From Candidatus Woesearchaeota archaeon (lineage in GTDB: Archaea; Nanobdellota; Nanobdellia; Pacearchaeales; GW2011-AR1), in the NCBI GenBank assembly GCA_964652735.1, contig CAZZCD010000003.1, positions 1-36,648 on the forward strand: a stretch of 36,648 nucleotides of DNA. Direction: 5' to 3'. Under the pieces are notes generated by a model. The model was not told the origin of the DNA. It searched no databases and worked only from the letters and a program-made list of their open reading frames with translations. Below are positions 1 to 8,967 of this stretch, one piece after another. The translations under genes were made by a program, and so were the position numbers. Every line of letters starts with the position of its first letter. Position 1 is the stretch's first letter.

Positions 1-91
1 TTTGTAAGAATGGTTGATGATAATTTGTTTCTCGCATACATGTGAATCAAAATAAAGATATATAAGATTTAATATAATCGAATATACCTAA

Positions 92-505
92 TCAAACAAT
101 CCTGAACTCTTTTCCAAAGAAATTCCTGACTATTTTCTGCATTTCCAAAAGTCTTCTTTTATTTCTTCCTATAAGTGCTGCCTTGTTGCTTCCCCCTGCA
201 ACCATCACCTCATTATCTTTTATTTCAATATTTTTGAAAGTAACAGGACTGACAACAGCTTTTATAAAAATTTCCACATCACTAATTCCTTTAGGAGATT
301 CAACAATTTTTATTTTTTTACCGAGAATTCCACTCATTTTTTTTATGTTTTTCCCCCTTTCCCCTATAGCTTTTGATACCAGGGTTTTTGGAACACAGAA
401 AACTATTGCTTCGTTATATCTAAAACAAAATCTTGTTCTTACATGCATTATTTTTTCAAATAAATTCAGATATCTGAGGTCTTGCATATTAATTGTATTA
501 ACCAT
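92..505 (-). CDS. nusA: archaeal NusA-like transcription factor (KH domains)
   Basis: 137 aa with two KH GxxG-like motifs (AIGERGKNI, LIGRNKRRL); lies downstream of the RNAP genes, as in the canonical archaeal operon. Confidence 0.9.
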   Translation of the reverse strand: MVNTINMQDLRYLNLFEKIMHVRTRFCFRYNEAIVFCVPKTLVSKAIGERGKNIKKMSGILGKKIKIVESPKGISDVEIFIKAVVSPVTFKNIEIKDNEVMVAGGSNKAALIGRNKRRLLEMQKIVRNFFGKEFRIV

Positions 506-626
506 CTTAAGATAAATTTCTTAGATAGATGTGTTTTATAAATTTATTGTGTTTATTAGGTTTTTAAAGAAATTAGTGGTGCGATAAGTTTATAAATTTT
601 AAAAGCATTATTTTAATAGATAAAAA

Positions 627-800
627 ATGGGCCAATTTTTACCAAACACAAAAAATATTTTTGAAGAAATAAAGAAGAATAAAGAGAGATTGGAAAAGAG
701 AGTAGAACAAGAAAATCCACAAATAACTCAAGAACAATCAGAAGTTATAGAATATCATATAAAACCTGCAAAATACAAGATATTACCCAAAAGAAGCTAA
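627..800 (+). CDS. small hypothetical protein (57 aa)
   Basis: Not in ORF track; reads MGQFLPNTKNIFEEIKKNKERLEKRVEQENPQ...KILPKRS*; TATA-like TTTATAAA upstream; fills the gap between rpoA and nusA. Confidence 0.5.
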   Translation: MGQFLPNTKNIFEEIKKNKERLEKRVEQENPQITQEQSEVIEYHIKPAKYKILPKRS

Positions 801-835
801 AAAAATAAGCCCATAATCTCGCTGTTTTATTGTTA

Positions 836-3800
836 TTACTTATTAACCTCTTCAACGAGCTTTTTTTCTGCAGTTTTTTTCTCAGATTCTTTTTTTATCA
901 ATGGCCCAACTACCTTTACGAGAAGCCCTGGAAGTCCTGTTCCGATAGGTACTGGTTGATTTAATATGATATTTTCAATAACACTTGCAAGGTAATCTTT
1001 ATTTCCTTTTATAGTTGCATTTACAAACTGCTTTACAGGAGTTTCAAAGGTAGCTCTTGCAAGTATCGAAGATTTCTGCGCAATAATCCCTATTCTTGTC
1101 ACTCCCTTAACCTCTCCTGTATTAGTCATAGCATCTGCAATAAACTTTAAGTGTCTTTTATCAATATTTAATCCCTGGGTGTTTAAAACCTCTTGAATTT
1201 CATCAATGATAAATTGTCTCGCAGCTTCAATTCCAAACACACTTGCAACTTCATGAAGGTCATTTGAAATCAGCTTTTCAGAAGCAACTTCTTTCAATTC
1301 CAGTAATTTTTTCAAACTGGTTCCAAGAGTCATAATAATATAATCTCTGTCTTTTTTCACAATTAAAATTTGTTTTATTCCCTTGATTCCGGAAATTATA
1401 GTATTCTTGAGTTTTTCTTTAAGTTTATAAATTTCCTTAAAATCCATTTCAGAAGCATTAATGATTATTGAATCTGTCTTTTCTTTTGCATCAAATTTAA
1501 GGTCACGAAGTCTGTCAATAACTTTCTTTAGAGTTATGTGGCTTTGTCTTATTCCTTCTTTATCAATTTTTATTTCTATTTTTTTATTACTAAAATCAAG
1601 ATTAATTTCAGAAGCAATATCTTTTATTGTGACTTCTTTAATTTTTTCAGCAAAAACACGGGCATCTTTTTCATTGTTATATTCTTTTTTAAGATATATT
1701 TCCATTTTTGGAGAAGATGGTTTTTTCCTTGCATCAAAAATTTCTATAAGTCTTGGCAATCCCTGGGTAATCTGCATTTCAGAAACACCTGCGAAGTGGA
1801 AAGTTCTTAACACCATTTGTGTAGATGGTTCTCCAAAAGACTGAGCAGTAATTACCCCTATCGCCTCCCCTGGCTCTAATTTTCCATTAATATGAAGTCT
1901 TGAAACATCTATGCCGTCATCCCCATATATAAACTGAATAATATTATTATTGCTGTCTCTTATTGTCCCATCATATTCTTCTCTTAAATCCTGAAGAGCA
2001 TTTGCAAGTCTTCTGTAAAGATATCCTGACTTAGGAGTTCTTAATGCAGTGTCCATAAGGGATGCTCTTCCTGTTATAGCTCCAAAGAAAAATTCATCAG
2101 GTCTCAGTCCTTTTATGAAAGGGCTTCTTATGAATCCTTTTGCTTTTGGAGATAAGTCTCCTTCTTTGAAAAATGAAAGTGTTCTGTTGCTATAACCGAT
2201 ATCCACTCTTCTTCCTTCAAGATCCTGCTGTCCAACACAGCAAGCCATCTGTGTTATGTGTGTGATTCCTCCCCCTCCACCAGAGCGAATCATATGTGTA
2301 ACAGGATTTTCCTCTGGAAATTCTTGTTTGACAATTTTTCCTATTTTTGTTCTTATTTCATTTAATACTTTCAAGATTTTAATCTCTCTTGATTCCTCTT
2401 TTGTCTTACCCCGGATTATTTCAAGTGTACCCTGATTATAAGAATTAATTATCTCTGTGGTTTTTTCCTCTGCTTTTTTAATTATTTCTTCTGACATTTC
2501 AAAAACTTTTTCTTCTACATCAAAGTCTCCAAGAGAAATAGTGATTCCTTTTTCTGTAAGATAGTTTTTCCCAAGATTAAATGCTTTCTTAATTGTTTCA
2601 AAGGCAACTGTTCTTCCAAATTGTTTATCAATTTCTTTAATTAAGACACCATCTTCATCACCAAAAAGATCTTTATCTATGATTCCTTTAAGTATTTCTC
2701 CGTCTTGGATTTTTATATTTGAATTTGAAAAATTAATTTTTGGGAGTATTTTTGAAAAGATTTCCGTCCCAAGAACTGTTTTCTTTGAAAACTGGTGATT
2801 GATTCCTGCTCTATAAAGAATCTGGTTTGCCTCTTCATTTGAAAATTCTCCAAGCCCAAGGAGATATCCTCCTGTGATGGCATCATTTATACATCCAACC
2901 CAATTTGTGTTATTTTTAGGAGAAAAAAGATTTTTTTTAACTTCAAGAAGTACTTTTGCTTCTGCTTTTGCTTCCTCTGTCTGAAGACTGTGAATATTCA
3001 TTTCATCACCATCAAAGTCAGCGTTATAAGGAGCTGCAACAGCAGGATGCAATCTAAATGTTCTTCCAGGAAGAACCTTTACATAATGAGCCATCAGACT
3101 GCCCTTATGAAGACTTGGATGCCTGTTAAATAACACAATATCTCCTTTTTCAAGATGCCTCTCTACTATATATCCTGGAATAAGCTCGCTGATTATTTCC
3201 TCTTTAAGCTCTTCTGTTATTTTTTTTCTTTTTCCGTCAGGCCTTATAATATAATTTGCTCCTGGATATTCAGCACCTCTTTTTATAAGTTTTTTTATCT
3301 TTTCAATATTTAAATCATTAACAGTTTCTGCAACAGTAACAACCTTGGCAATTTCATAAGGAATTCCAACCTCATTAATTTCTATTGAAGGATCAGGAGA
3401 AATAACTGTTCTTCCAGAATAATTCACTCTTTTTCCTGCAAGGTTTTTTCTGATTCTCCCTTCTTTACCCTTGATTCTTTCTGTAATTGTTTTTAATGGC
3501 TGTCCACTTCTATGTCTTGCAGGCGGAATTCTTGCTACAGTATTGTCAAAAAAAGTTGTAATATGGAATTGTAACAGATCCCATAAATCTTCAATAATAA
3601 CCTCTGGAGCTCCTGCATTTAAATTCTCCCACAATCTTTGGTTTGCTCTTATAATGTCAGAAAGTTTATGGGTTAAATCATCCTCACTCCTTTCTCCACT
3701 CTCTAAAATAATGCTTGGTCTTACAGTTACAGGAGGAACTAAAAACATAGTTAAAACAGCCCATTCAGGCCTGAAATTTTTCGCGTCCATACCTATTTTT

Positions 3801-4324
3801 TCAAGTTCTTCATCAAGAATATTCACAAGCATTTCCCTTATTTCTATAGGAAAAATTCTTATTTTTCCTTTGTAAAATGTTGTTGGCTTATCAAGTTTTA
3901 TTTTTTCCTGAGCAGAATTACAATGAGGACATTTTTTTGAATCTTTTGCTTTCTTAACTCTTTGGCTTGGAGTGTTTTTCTCAAGATTTTTATCAGCGAG
4001 CATTAATTTTCCACAGTTTTGGCAGAAAGACCTCAAGCAAAGTTCAATCACAGGAACATACTTCAAATGAATCACAGGTCTTGCAATGTCAATGCTTCCA
4101 GGATGTCCAAGACATTCTTTTAGCCTTCCCCCACATGTTCTGCATCTTACTCCAGGATCAATTGCTCCAAGTCTTAAATCCATCAAGCCCCCATCAACAG
4201 GATAACCATCGATATCATAAAGTTCTGGAGTTACAATCTTTGCAACAGACATCTTTTTTATCTTCTCAGGGCTAAGCAAAGAAAATATCATTTCACTTAT
4301 CTTTTTTCTTATTGGTTTAGCCAT
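836..4324 (-). CDS. rpoA: DNA-directed RNA polymerase largest subunit, fused Rpo1N(A')+Rpo1C(A'')
   Basis: NADFDGD catalytic motif, N-terminal Zn motif CRTC..CLGHPG; A' end (YGDDG) runs straight into A'' (PGEAIG..AQSFGEPSTQM..TFHFAG); start set at MAKPIRKK (4324) to avoid overlap with upstream ORF. Confidence 0.97.
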   Translation of the reverse strand: MAKPIRKKISEMIFSLLSPEKIKKMSVAKIVTPELYDIDGYPVDGGLMDLRLGAIDPGVRCRTCGGRLKECLGHPGSIDIARPVIHLKYVPVIELCLRSFCQNCGKLMLADKNLEKNTPSQRVKKAKDSKKCPHCNSAQEKIKLDKPTTFYKGKIRIFPIEIREMLVNILDEELEKIGMDAKNFRPEWAVLTMFLVPPVTVRPSIILESGERSEDDLTHKLSDIIRANQRLWENLNAGAPEVIIEDLWDLLQFHITTFFDNTVARIPPARHRSGQPLKTITERIKGKEGRIRKNLAGKRVNYSGRTVISPDPSIEINEVGIPYEIAKVVTVAETVNDLNIEKIKKLIKRGAEYPGANYIIRPDGKRKKITEELKEEIISELIPGYIVERHLEKGDIVLFNRHPSLHKGSLMAHYVKVLPGRTFRLHPAVAAPYNADFDGDEMNIHSLQTEEAKAEAKVLLEVKKNLFSPKNNTNWVGCINDAITGGYLLGLGEFSNEEANQILYRAGINHQFSKKTVLGTEIFSKILPKINFSNSNIKIQDGEILKGIIDKDLFGDEDGVLIKEIDKQFGRTVAFETIKKAFNLGKNYLTEKGITISLGDFDVEEKVFEMSEEIIKKAEEKTTEIINSYNQGTLEIIRGKTKEESREIKILKVLNEIRTKIGKIVKQEFPEENPVTHMIRSGGGGGITHITQMACCVGQQDLEGRRVDIGYSNRTLSFFKEGDLSPKAKGFIRSPFIKGLRPDEFFFGAITGRASLMDTALRTPKSGYLYRRLANALQDLREEYDGTIRDSNNNIIQFIYGDDGIDVSRLHINGKLEPGEAIGVITAQSFGEPSTQMVLRTFHFAGVSEMQITQGLPRLIEIFDARKKPSSPKMEIYLKKEYNNEKDARVFAEKIKEVTIKDIASEINLDFSNKKIEIKIDKEGIRQSHITLKKVIDRLRDLKFDAKEKTDSIIINASEMDFKEIYKLKEKLKNTIISGIKGIKQILIVKKDRDYIIMTLGTSLKKLLELKEVASEKLISNDLHEVASVFGIEAARQFIIDEIQEVLNTQGLNIDKRHLKFIADAMTNTGEVKGVTRIGIIAQKSSILARATFETPVKQFVNATIKGNKDYLASVIENIILNQPVPIGTGLPGLLVKVVGPLIKKESEKKTAEKKLVEEVNK

Positions 4325-4325
4325 T

Positions 4326-4721
4326 TTATTTTTTAGGTTTAGGCATATTGAAGAATTTAAATAATTCCCCATTAAATTTTAATCTATCTTTACTAGAACA
4401 AATAATAGTCAAAAAGATTTTTTTATCTCCTAAAAACAAATCTGCTCTAATATTTACATTATACCCTTGAATTTCATCATGTTCATCTTTAATTTTTTCA
4501 AAATTTATTTTTCTATATTCTAAATTATCTTTTTTATCTTCATATCCTTCTTCAAGGCATAACTTTATTTTCAAAACTTTTGATAAAATCTCTGAAAGTT
4601 TTTCTATAACTTTTTGTTTTTTGTCAAAAATGTAATAATTAAAATCTCTCTCGTTTCCAATAGAGTGAAGTATAAATTTTTTCTTACTGGTTTTTCTTTT
4701 TATAGTTTTTTTGTTTTTCAT
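4326..4721 (-). CDS. hypothetical basic protein between rpoB and rpoA
   Basis: 131-aa ORF separated by 1 nt from each RNAP gene; no recognisable motif. Confidence 0.75.
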   Translation of the reverse strand: MKNKKTIKRKTSKKKFILHSIGNERDFNYYIFDKKQKVIEKLSEILSKVLKIKLCLEEGYEDKKDNLEYRKINFEKIKDEHDEIQGYNVNIRADLFLGDKKIFLTIICSSKDRLKFNGELFKFFNMPKPKK

Positions 4722-4722
4722 T

Positions 4723-7700
4723 TTACGTGTATTTGTTTTTTAATCCAAATGTTGTGTGAATATGAAGTCCTTGAAGCTCTTCGATAAGAAGCTTGAATGC
4801 ATATGAAACCTCAACAAGCTCAACATCTTCAGTGCCACATAAAGAACAGGTTTTTTTATTCCTGATGTTATCTTCTATTGCAACAGAGCCGCAGTGAGTA
4901 CACATGGGGAGAACAACTTTATCAGAGTCATATCTTTCTTTTAAAAGTAAAGAAGCACCGTGTGCAACAAGAGCCTGCTGTTCCATTTCTCCAAGCCTTA
5001 AAGCTCCTCCACGAGCTCGTCCTTCAATAGGTTGCCTTGTAAGCAAGGCAACTTTTCCAGAAGCTCTTCCGTGTAGTTTGTTTGCAACCATATATTTAAG
5101 TTTTAAATAATATAGACTTCCGATGAATATTTTTGCACTCATCTTTTTTCCAGTAATTCCATTATACATGGTTTCTTTACCATCATATCTAAATCCAAAT
5201 TCTTTTAGCTGGTCTTCAAGTTCATCTTTACTTACACCGGAAAAAGATGTCCCATCAATAATTTCTCCTTTAAGACAGCCAACTTTTCCTGCAAGCAATC
5301 CAAGAAGATAACCAACAGTCTTTCTACTTGGAATTCCATGCGGATTAAACATAATATCAGGCCTTATTCCTTTAGAAGTGAAAGGAATATCTTCTTCATC
5401 TGCAACCAATCCAATAACTCCTTTTTGCCCGTTAGCTGTTGCAAATTTATCACCAAGTTCTGGAATTCTTAAATCACGGGTTTTTACCTGAATAATTCTA
5501 TTACCACCATCATCATCTGTAATAAATACAGATTCAACAGTTCCTTTTTCTTCTTGTTTCATAGATATACTTGATTCTTTCTTAGTTTTTATGGAAATCT
5601 CTCTTGCTTCTGACAAGAATTTTGGCGGAGACATTTTTCCAATTAAAACTTCTCCTCCACTAACATTTGCTTCAGGATAAACTATACCATCACTTTCTAA
5701 GAATTTATAACTTTCTTCTGTTTTATATCCAGAAGCATCTTTTTCAGGAATTGCTATTTCATCTTTTAAACCTCCAGCATAATTCATTTCAACTACAGAA
5801 TAAGGTTTAAAGTAAAAACTTCTTCCAACACCTCTGTCAATACTTCCTTTGTTCAAAACAAGGGCGTCTTCCATATTATAACCATCATAAGTCATAATTG
5901 CAACAATAAGATTCTGTCCTGCAGGATATATATTTAAAGTATCATAAATAAAACTTCTTACAATTGGCTTTTGCGGATATTGAAGAATAGAAACATCTGT
6001 ATCAAGTCTTATAAGATAATTTGCAGAATATAATCCAAGAGCTTGTTTTTGTGTTTTACTTCCTCTATTTAATCTTGAAGCTTCATCATGATTTCCATAA
6101 GGAACAAGCGACGTAACAACACCAAAAAGATCTATTGAATCTATTTCAAGGTGTGTATGTTCTGAAGTTAATTCATCTTCATGAAGAGCAACTAAAGCAC
6201 TTTCTTCCTCAGATGCGTCTAAATATTCTATTACCCCTTCTTTAATTAAATCCTCCCACTTTATCTCCCCCTGCTCTATTTTTAAAAGATGCTCGTTTTT
6301 CAACCTTGGAATGCCATTTTCAACAATTATTAAGGGTCTTAAAACCCTCCCTGGTTCTGTTGAAATAGGAATATGTTTGAAATGAGGATTATACCTAATA
6401 TTCATTTGTATTGGAAGTTCTGCATTCCGCCTTTTTTCTCTTATTTTTTTTACAAATTCTTCTGGGGATTTTACAGTTCCAATAAATACCCCATTAAAGA
6501 AAACCTCTGTTCCTTCAACCCCTTCTTTATCAAGTCCTCCAGACTCCATCTCTTTAAAAAATACATCTTCATCAAGGTCTGTTCTTGTTGATACCTTAGC
6601 TAAAATTGCAAGATTTTTTCTTAATCCAATTTCTGTTCCCTCAGGAGTTTCAATAGGGCAGAACCTGCCGTAATGTGTTGGGTCAAGAGTTCTTGCCATA
6701 AAGTTTTCCTGCTCACTAGGAAGCATACTTGAAACTTTTTGTAGCTGAGATATAATTGAAAGATAATTGGTTTTATCCATGTTTTGTGTAATCCCAGACC
6801 TCTCACCTGTCCAGCTTCCAGTTGCAATTGCAGACTCAACCCTATGAGAAAATAAAGTGGATTTTGCAATTATTCTTATAGAAAAAAACTTTTTCTTTTT
6901 TGTTGCTTTTTGTAGAGAATACTGAATATCTCTGATAAGAATACCAAGATTAACCCTAAATAATGTAGCAAGAAGATCTCCTGAAAGTCTTACTCTTTTG
7001 TTTGCATAATGGTCCTTGTCTGTTCTTATATTAGGATTTTCTTTTGCAATTAAAAATTGTTTTATAAGTTTACATAGGGTAACAGCTTTTTTTATTCTAT
7101 CTTCTTTTTTCTGGCCGATGTGGGGAAAAAGATAAGAATCAATTCTTTGTTTTACCCTGTCAAGGATTTCTTTTTTTGTTCCTTGAAGATTTATTTTTTC
7201 AGAAATATACATCATTGCATCTTCTCTTGTAGCAATATTTACAAATTCATAGAGGTTTACAATTACAGAATCTGTTTCTTTTCCTATATATTTTTGTATA
7301 TCAGATTCTTTAATCATTCCAAGAGCTTTAAGAACAATGATTACAGGAATATCTTTGAACTTGCTAAATGAAATATTAAAAATTCCATCTTTACCCTCTG
7401 AGATTAATATGGGAATTCTATAAGTTCCTCTTAATGAGAACAATTTCAAAGTCAAATTTCCTTTTGCATCTGTTTCTATAAAAGGCTGATTTTCTGCAAG
7501 ATCTTCTGCCATAACCATAACTCTTTCATTTCCTTTAATTAGAAAATATCCTCCGGGATCAATAGGGTCGTGATCGCTTTTTATCAATTCCTCCTTCGAC
7601 ATGCCATAAGTATTACATACATTGCTTTTTACCATGATAGGCATCTTTCCTATTTCAACAACTTCTGAATCAATTTGATCCTCTTTTTTTACAGTAATTT

Positions 7701-7977
7701 CTAAAGTAATAGGAGCAGCATAAGTCAGATTTCTCATTTTTGCTTCTGAAGGAGTGATTAATGAAGAACTTCCGTCAGCTTCTATAACTCTTGGTTTCCC
7801 CATATCTATTTTTCCAAGAGTAATTTCAAAGTCTTCAGTGCTTATTGTTTCTGAAATTTCATCGACAATTTCCTGCATTCGCTTTTCAATAAAATTATTA
7901 AAAGAAGTGATATTAGATTCAACTAAGGAATGTTCCTCCAGATATTTTTTTACAATTAAATGTTTATCTTTTTTCAT
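4723..7977 (-). CDS. rpoB: DNA-directed RNA polymerase subunit B (fused B''+B')
   Basis: CPIETPEG, GYNMEDA, GDKF..GQKG, RQPIEGRARGGALRLGEME, C-terminal Zn ribbon. Confidence 0.97.
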   Translation of the reverse strand: MKKDKHLIVKKYLEEHSLVESNITSFNNFIEKRMQEIVDEISETISTEDFEITLGKIDMGKPRVIEADGSSSLITPSEAKMRNLTYAAPITLEITVKKEDQIDSEVVEIGKMPIMVKSNVCNTYGMSKEELIKSDHDPIDPGGYFLIKGNERVMVMAEDLAENQPFIETDAKGNLTLKLFSLRGTYRIPILISEGKDGIFNISFSKFKDIPVIIVLKALGMIKESDIQKYIGKETDSVIVNLYEFVNIATREDAMMYISEKINLQGTKKEILDRVKQRIDSYLFPHIGQKKEDRIKKAVTLCKLIKQFLIAKENPNIRTDKDHYANKRVRLSGDLLATLFRVNLGILIRDIQYSLQKATKKKKFFSIRIIAKSTLFSHRVESAIATGSWTGERSGITQNMDKTNYLSIISQLQKVSSMLPSEQENFMARTLDPTHYGRFCPIETPEGTEIGLRKNLAILAKVSTRTDLDEDVFFKEMESGGLDKEGVEGTEVFFNGVFIGTVKSPEEFVKKIREKRRNAELPIQMNIRYNPHFKHIPISTEPGRVLRPLIIVENGIPRLKNEHLLKIEQGEIKWEDLIKEGVIEYLDASEEESALVALHEDELTSEHTHLEIDSIDLFGVVTSLVPYGNHDEASRLNRGSKTQKQALGLYSANYLIRLDTDVSILQYPQKPIVRSFIYDTLNIYPAGQNLIVAIMTYDGYNMEDALVLNKGSIDRGVGRSFYFKPYSVVEMNYAGGLKDEIAIPEKDASGYKTEESYKFLESDGIVYPEANVSGGEVLIGKMSPPKFLSEAREISIKTKKESSISMKQEEKGTVESVFITDDDGGNRIIQVKTRDLRIPELGDKFATANGQKGVIGLVADEEDIPFTSKGIRPDIMFNPHGIPSRKTVGYLLGLLAGKVGCLKGEIIDGTSFSGVSKDELEDQLKEFGFRYDGKETMYNGITGKKMSAKIFIGSLYYLKLKYMVANKLHGRASGKVALLTRQPIEGRARGGALRLGEMEQQALVAHGASLLLKERYDSDKVVLPMCTHCGSVAIEDNIRNKKTCSLCGTEDVELVEVSYAFKLLIEELQGLHIHTTFGLKNKYT

Positions 7978-7979
7978 TT

Positions 7980-8186
7980 TTATACCACAACCCTGTAATA
8001 GAGATTGATTTTTCCTCCCTCCTTCCTTTCAATCTTAATCACATCTCCAATAACACATCCTTCAGGCAGGGCAGGATCATTAGATAGAATCTTTGGCAAT
8101 TGTGCCTTAGAAATATTAAATTTTTTCAACAACTCTTGAGTCTCTTTTTCTTTAAGCTTTATGTGTTTTGGCTGTAGAATGTGCAT
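7980..8186 (-). CDS. rpoH: RNA polymerase subunit H (Rpo5)
   Basis: HILQPKH, QLPKI..DPA, GDVIKIER, YYRVV; first gene of the RNAP operon. Confidence 0.95.
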   Translation of the reverse strand: MHILQPKHIKLKEKETQELLKKFNISKAQLPKILSNDPALPEGCVIGDVIKIERKEGGKINLYYRVVV

Positions 8187-8369
8187 CTTTAGGAGGGGGA
8201 AGTTGCATAGTTATGAGTAACTTTAATAACTTTCCAATAATAAAAGATTGTCGATTTTTGTTTAAAAATCTTTTGGTAGGGCTGGCTTTGTTTAAAAAGT
8301 AGGAAAAATGGAGGACTTTTTAAACAGATAGAAAATTAATTAAATAGCAAAAAATTTATTTTAAGACTT

Positions 8370-8424
8370 GGTTAGGTAGGGTTGGGTAATGTGGGGTGTG
8401 GTAATGTAAGGTAAGGCATGGCTC
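8370..8424 (+). repeat. degenerate tandem pentamer array, 11 x KGYNN
   Basis: GGTTA GGTAG GGTTG GGTAA TGTGG GGTGT GGTAA TGTAA GGTAA GGCAT GGCTC; G at position 2 and a pyrimidine at position 3 in all units. Confidence 0.85.
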
Positions 8425-8443
8425 ATGTGTTTTTTAAACAGAA

Positions 8444-8800
8444 TTATTTTACGATGCCCAAAGTTAACATTTGTGCCCTTATGACTAAATCAACTTTAAA
8501 GGATAATTCTGGAAAATCCTCTTTTATTTTATTCCATATCCACATTTCTTCCTTAAAATAAGGCATAGGATTCCCTTTATCTTTCTCTTCTAATGATTCT
8601 TTTTGGTCTATTCCGAAGATTCTATGATAAGCTTCATGTATTATCAAGACTTCAATTGATTCTAAAGGATTTTCTCGCCCAATCCATATTTCTTCTGGTT
8701 GAAGTGAAGCACCAGAACCATCTCCAATAATAACGGGGAGATTAAAATTATACTTTTCTTTAAGTCTTTTTTTAGCAGATTCTATTTCTTTTTCCATCAT
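8444..8800 (-). CDS. small zincin-like (HExxH) protein
   Basis: LIIHEAYHRIFG with downstream EE as a possible third ligand. Confidence 0.65.
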   Translation of the reverse strand: MMEKEIESAKKRLKEKYNFNLPVIIGDGSGASLQPEEIWIGRENPLESIEVLIIHEAYHRIFGIDQKESLEEKDKGNPMPYFKEEMWIWNKIKEDFPELSFKVDLVIRAQMLTLGIVK

Positions 8801-8967
8801 ACCTTAATAGGTTCTTCCAATTTAAATTTTGCCTTAATACCCAATTCACACAACCATTCACCCGTGCGAAGAAAGTGGTTTAGTTAACATAATAATTTAA
8901 GGATTGTCGAGACTGAGTGTATTGATTTTTCCATAAACTTTATAAGTTAATAATTCAAAGCAAAATC

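Noticed and set aside
1-41. Possible start of a minus-strand gene (rps12 expected after nusA)
   Set aside because: Only 12-13 codons, two candidate frames, neither clearly S12
4325-4372. N-terminal extension of rpoA in the ORF track
   Set aside because: Overlaps the upstream ORF; ATG at 4324 fits better
183-8008. Antisense and nested ORFs over nusA, rpoA and rpoB
   Set aside because: Shadow frames of well-supported genes; the same applies to similar short track ORFs across the window
8191-8200. Anti-SD-like CCCCTCCT just before rpoH
   Set aside because: Single short word; no plus-strand ORF uses the AGGAGG
8370-8424. Pentamer array as CRISPR or coding repeat
   Set aside because: No repeat-spacer structure, no cas genes, no convincing ORF through it
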